Of a stretch of DNA of 64,000 nucleotides, positions 60,985-64,000 are shown piece after piece. The DNA comes from Opitutales bacterium (GTDB lineage Bacteria; Verrucomicrobiota; Verrucomicrobiia; Opitutales; PNEW01): positions 736,001 through 800,000 of the forward strand of contig CBDANS010000007.1 of NCBI GenBank assembly GCA_965197745.1, given 5' to 3'. The translations under genes were made by a program, and so were the position numbers. The notes under the pieces were generated by a model, which saw only the letters and a list, made by a program, of their open reading frames with translations, did not search any database and had not been told where the DNA came from. How positions within the stretch are numbered: position 1 is the stretch's first letter; the number at the start of each line of letters is the position of its first letter.

Positions 60985-61183
60985 CACCCCGGAGGGGTGA
61001 CACAATCACAGCTCGCAGCGTAAGCTTTGGGAATAATTTACGAATAATTTAAGCCCCAGCGGGGCGACACAAACCGGCTTATCTGTCAATTTGTATCGCC
61101 CCTCCGGGGCTCTGAAAATGGGTTGCACATCTCAAACCCATTGCTTACGCAATGGGCTAATTATGTTACGCCCCTCCGGGGCT
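60985..61183. repeat. ~200-bp multi-hairpin REP/MITE-like doublet, copy 3
   Basis: Aligns with 3161-3359 and 6270-6470. Confidence 0.85.
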
Positions 61184-61210
61184 TCGACGCTAAGATAAAC
61201 GAACTTAAAA

Positions 61211-61305
61211 GCGGACGCGACGACGCGCGTCCCTCCAGAAAATGAATGACATTGCGTGCTCTCCTATTCTGTTCTTTTCCGGAGGGCCACGCGTTGTCGT
61301 GGCCG
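61211..61305. repeat. GGAG-footed REP doublet
   Basis: GCGGACGCG..CGCGTCCCTCCA and GGAGGGCCACG..CGTGGCCG. Confidence 0.8.
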
Positions 61306-61537
61306 TAACCATCAATTAAAATACTAAAAATAATTGATTCGCATGTTAAATCGGACGCAATCAGCCGTCGTCCCGCGATTGCAGGATGAAGGGTGATGGT
61401 GGCTGTCTAAATCGTAGACGAGGACGAAGATTGGTTCATATCATCATACCCATTTCCGGTGTCATTTGGGAATATATAATAGCCCCGTAGGGGTACAGGC
61501 TATTAGCCGGGGGTTTTAAACCCCTGGGAAAAATAGC

Positions 61538-61563
61538 AAAAAAAAGCGCCCTTAAAGGGCGCT
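61538..61563 (-). terminator. Possible intrinsic terminator downstream of the ferredoxin gene
   Basis: AGCGCCCT-loop-AGGGCGCT followed by a T-run on the minus strand; may also be part of a REP-like unit. Confidence 0.5.
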
Positions 61564-61655
61564 GATAAACAGGTAAACTTGAAGGTTAAATCGTTTCGGG
61601 TATCGATTATAATTGCCACCACCCCTTCAGGGCGGGTGGTACTATTTATTCTGTT

Positions 61656-61955
61656 TTACCCGGCGTTAGGGTCTACACATTTAGGACCTAGAAGCGGGTC
61701 TTTGGAAGCAAAGATCTGTGGGTGTTTTTCAGCTTCTTCATTTTTCGCTATCCATTCTTCATATTCATCGGGGACATCGGCATCACGATATATAGCTTCA
61801 ACCGGGCATTCAGCAACACAAGCATCACAGTCTATACAGGTGTCCGGATTGATGTATAAAATATCAGGGCCTTCATGAAATGCTTCTACGGGGCATACGT
61901 CGACGCAGTTCGTATATTTGCAATCAACACATTTTTCTGTAACTATGTATGTCAT
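61656..61955 (-). CDS. fdxA: Dicluster ferredoxin (FdxA type)
   Basis: CVDCKYTNCVDVCP and CIDCDACVAECP. Confidence 0.9.
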   Translation of the reverse strand: MTYIVTEKCVDCKYTNCVDVCPVEAFHEGPDILYINPDTCIDCDACVAECPVEAIYRDADVPDEYEEWIAKNEEAEKHPQIFASKDPLLGPKCVDPNAG

Positions 61956-62442
61956 ATTGAGTCTTAATTTAAACGATACGCTACTTTAGATAAAATTTTA
62001 TTAAAAATAATAATAAAATAAGATGTGAGTTTTCTATCAGAATATTCCTATCCTTTTTGTCAAGCCTCTAACGAACAGGTTGGGATTATTAGTCAAAAGG
62101 TTTATGCGTATTCGCGTAAGTGCGACAAAGCAAATATGAGTATAAGCGATAGGATCACCTTGCACCCTCGCTTGTTTTTATGAAGTCCGACTTCCTCTAC
62201 ATCATATACGCATTATGACACTCACACTATAACGCTTTTCCCCGTTCCACTTTTACCCTTGATTTTTAAAACCCACTCTTCTGTTTAAATCGCTTGTTCA
62301 GGAAGTATCTTAAACTGTCAAATTGCTCTTTACTTAGTCGACCGGCAAGATTCGCTTCGTCAATTTTCGTGATTACCGGTTTTGGTAAATCCTTTTTTAA
62401 TAAATCCAGATTTTAAACGTAACATGGAAAATCCATGGATTT

Positions 62443-62739
62443 TCAATTATCTGGATTTTGACGCTTATCAGTGTGGCCTAAGTCTTTTCCCGGGGCAACT
62501 TGATCTCTAACCAACTGCTTTAATTCTGTGATTTCCGGAAAACGGCCCTTCTCTTTGCGTGACCAGATGACTTTACCATTAACGCGTACCTCAAAAACGC
62601 CTCCTGATCCCGGGACTAAAGCCACCTCACCAATTTCTTCATCAAATGTGGTCAATAATTCCTGGGCGTACCAAGACCCGCGTAATAACCAACGACACTG
62701 TCTACAGTATTGAATTTCTACTCGTGGTTGTTGAGGCAT
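62443..62739 (-). CDS. SelT/SelW/SelH (Rdx) family protein, Cys form
   Basis: IQYCRQCRW..AQELL.TF..GGVFEV..GRFPE. Confidence 0.92.
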   Translation of the reverse strand: MPQQPRVEIQYCRQCRWLLRGSWYAQELLTTFDEEIGEVALVPGSGGVFEVRVNGKVIWSRKEKGRFPEITELKQLVRDQVAPGKDLGHTDKRQNPDN

Positions 62740-62998
62740 TTTCAATCTTCAATTGTACCCGTAGAGCATTCGTTCCTGAATATGATTGAATACTGAATTC
62801 GGATTGCGGATATACACAGTCGAAAAGTATAATTATAATCTAAGAGAGGATCTTTAAAGAGGTGATTCTATTATTGCATTTTTGCAATAATATGGCATTG
62901 AAATACATGCAATTAATATCATGTAATGATATTCCTATTATTTTAATTCGAGTTCTTTCTTAAAATGAAGTCATAACGTCATTTTAAAGTAAAGAAAT

Positions 62999-63850
62999 AT
63001 GGCTCTAATATACACCGATTCAAAACATGATGTTCTCGATGGTGAAAAAAATGCATCATGTGATCAGCAAAACCCCAGTACCCCACATCAATTGAATAAG
63101 GGTAGCCGACGTAAAAGGTTTTCTTTAAAGAAGAAACTCCTTTTTTCTGTCATTGTCGCTGGGTTATTTTTCGGAAGTCTTGAGTTTGTCTGTTTTCTTA
63201 CCAAGTCTCTCTATATTAATTTTCGCAAACTTGGTTTACCCGCATATGCGGTTAATTACATGCCAAGTACGATTAAATACACGCTTCGCGAAAACGTGCT
63301 TTCTAAACCGGACAAAGAACTTTTATTTCGAGTAGAGCAAAACCCATCAGGTTTATCTATGCAGGGTTATTCTGGAATTAATGCACATGGCTTTCGCGGT
63401 AATATTTATGATCCGAGTCTTATAAATAAAGATGAGACAAAAATTATGATTCTTGGTGACTCCTGTGCCTTCGGGTGGGGTATACGGGATTATGGACTTA
63501 CATTTCAGTCGATATTGGAAAAACGGTTAAATCAACGGCAATGTGACTATAAAGTTTATAACTTTTCACAACCCGGATACAGTTCCAGTCAGGGAAGAAT
63601 AATATTTGAAAAATGGTTCTCTAGAGTCAGTCCCGATCTTCTTATAATTTATTTAGGGTGGAATGATATCTGGGAAACACCGCTATTAACGGATAGCCAG
63701 AATCTTAATCTATTTAAATACACAAAAAAAACCCCCTTTAAGTGGATTCAAAAATCTCACACTTACCTGGCATTTGAATCTCTCTATCAATCGTTAATAA
63801 AACCAAGTGGTGAGTATGCAGATATCAAAAATAAAAAATTAAGAGTCTGA
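62999..63850 (+). pseudogene. SGNH/GDSL hydrolase, 3'-truncated by IS3
   Basis: LGDS, PGYSS and GWND present, DxxH block absent; the stop TGA is the first 3 nt of the IS end. Confidence 0.8.
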
Positions 63851-64000
63851 TTGGACCCCGTTTTTCGTACCAATTATTAAGTGAGAGAGTTCCCGGGTAT
63901 TAATGGTTTTAGGATTGATGTATATGAGAGATCTTGGCGAAGTGAGGGCGTAGCCCGAACGCGGCCAAGATCTGAAAGGAATGTGACAAACTCTTGTGGG
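63848..64000 (-). mobile_element. End of a second IS3 copy, continues past window end
   Basis: Aligns with 34802-34955 in the same orientation. Confidence 0.9.

Noticed and set aside
62443..62739. Selenoprotein
   Set aside because: Motif is CxxC with no in-frame TGA.

Overview
Bacterial chromosomal window. The gene set suggests a Verrucomicrobiota/Opitutales-like organism (inference). It holds housekeeping genes (mutS 5' part, holB, tmk, tolQRA-like, hup, ygfZ, DAHP synthase, mdh, fdx), two tandem 1094-aa SBP-permease fusion genes, a partly broken sulfated-polysaccharide locus, a degenerate IS3 plus the end of a second copy, a catabolic cluster and a sigma54 two-component module. No CRISPR array, rRNA or tRNA was recognised. 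The most unusual signal is intergenic: most gaps contain nested inverted arms of degenerate 6-, 7-, 8- and 9-bp tandem repeats. One arm pair carries a four-helix-bundle (IVS/Avd-like) gene, while similar arm pairs elsewhere are empty. Two families of 23-45-nt hairpin mini-inserts sit at recurring points inside these arms, inside REP-like hairpins and inside the IS3 transposase, and both filled and empty sites are visible. A ~175-nt four-way-junction element occurs three times, with a fourth candidate that keeps junction bases but has different stems. All alignments and coordinates were made by eye, so ends may be off by a few nt.
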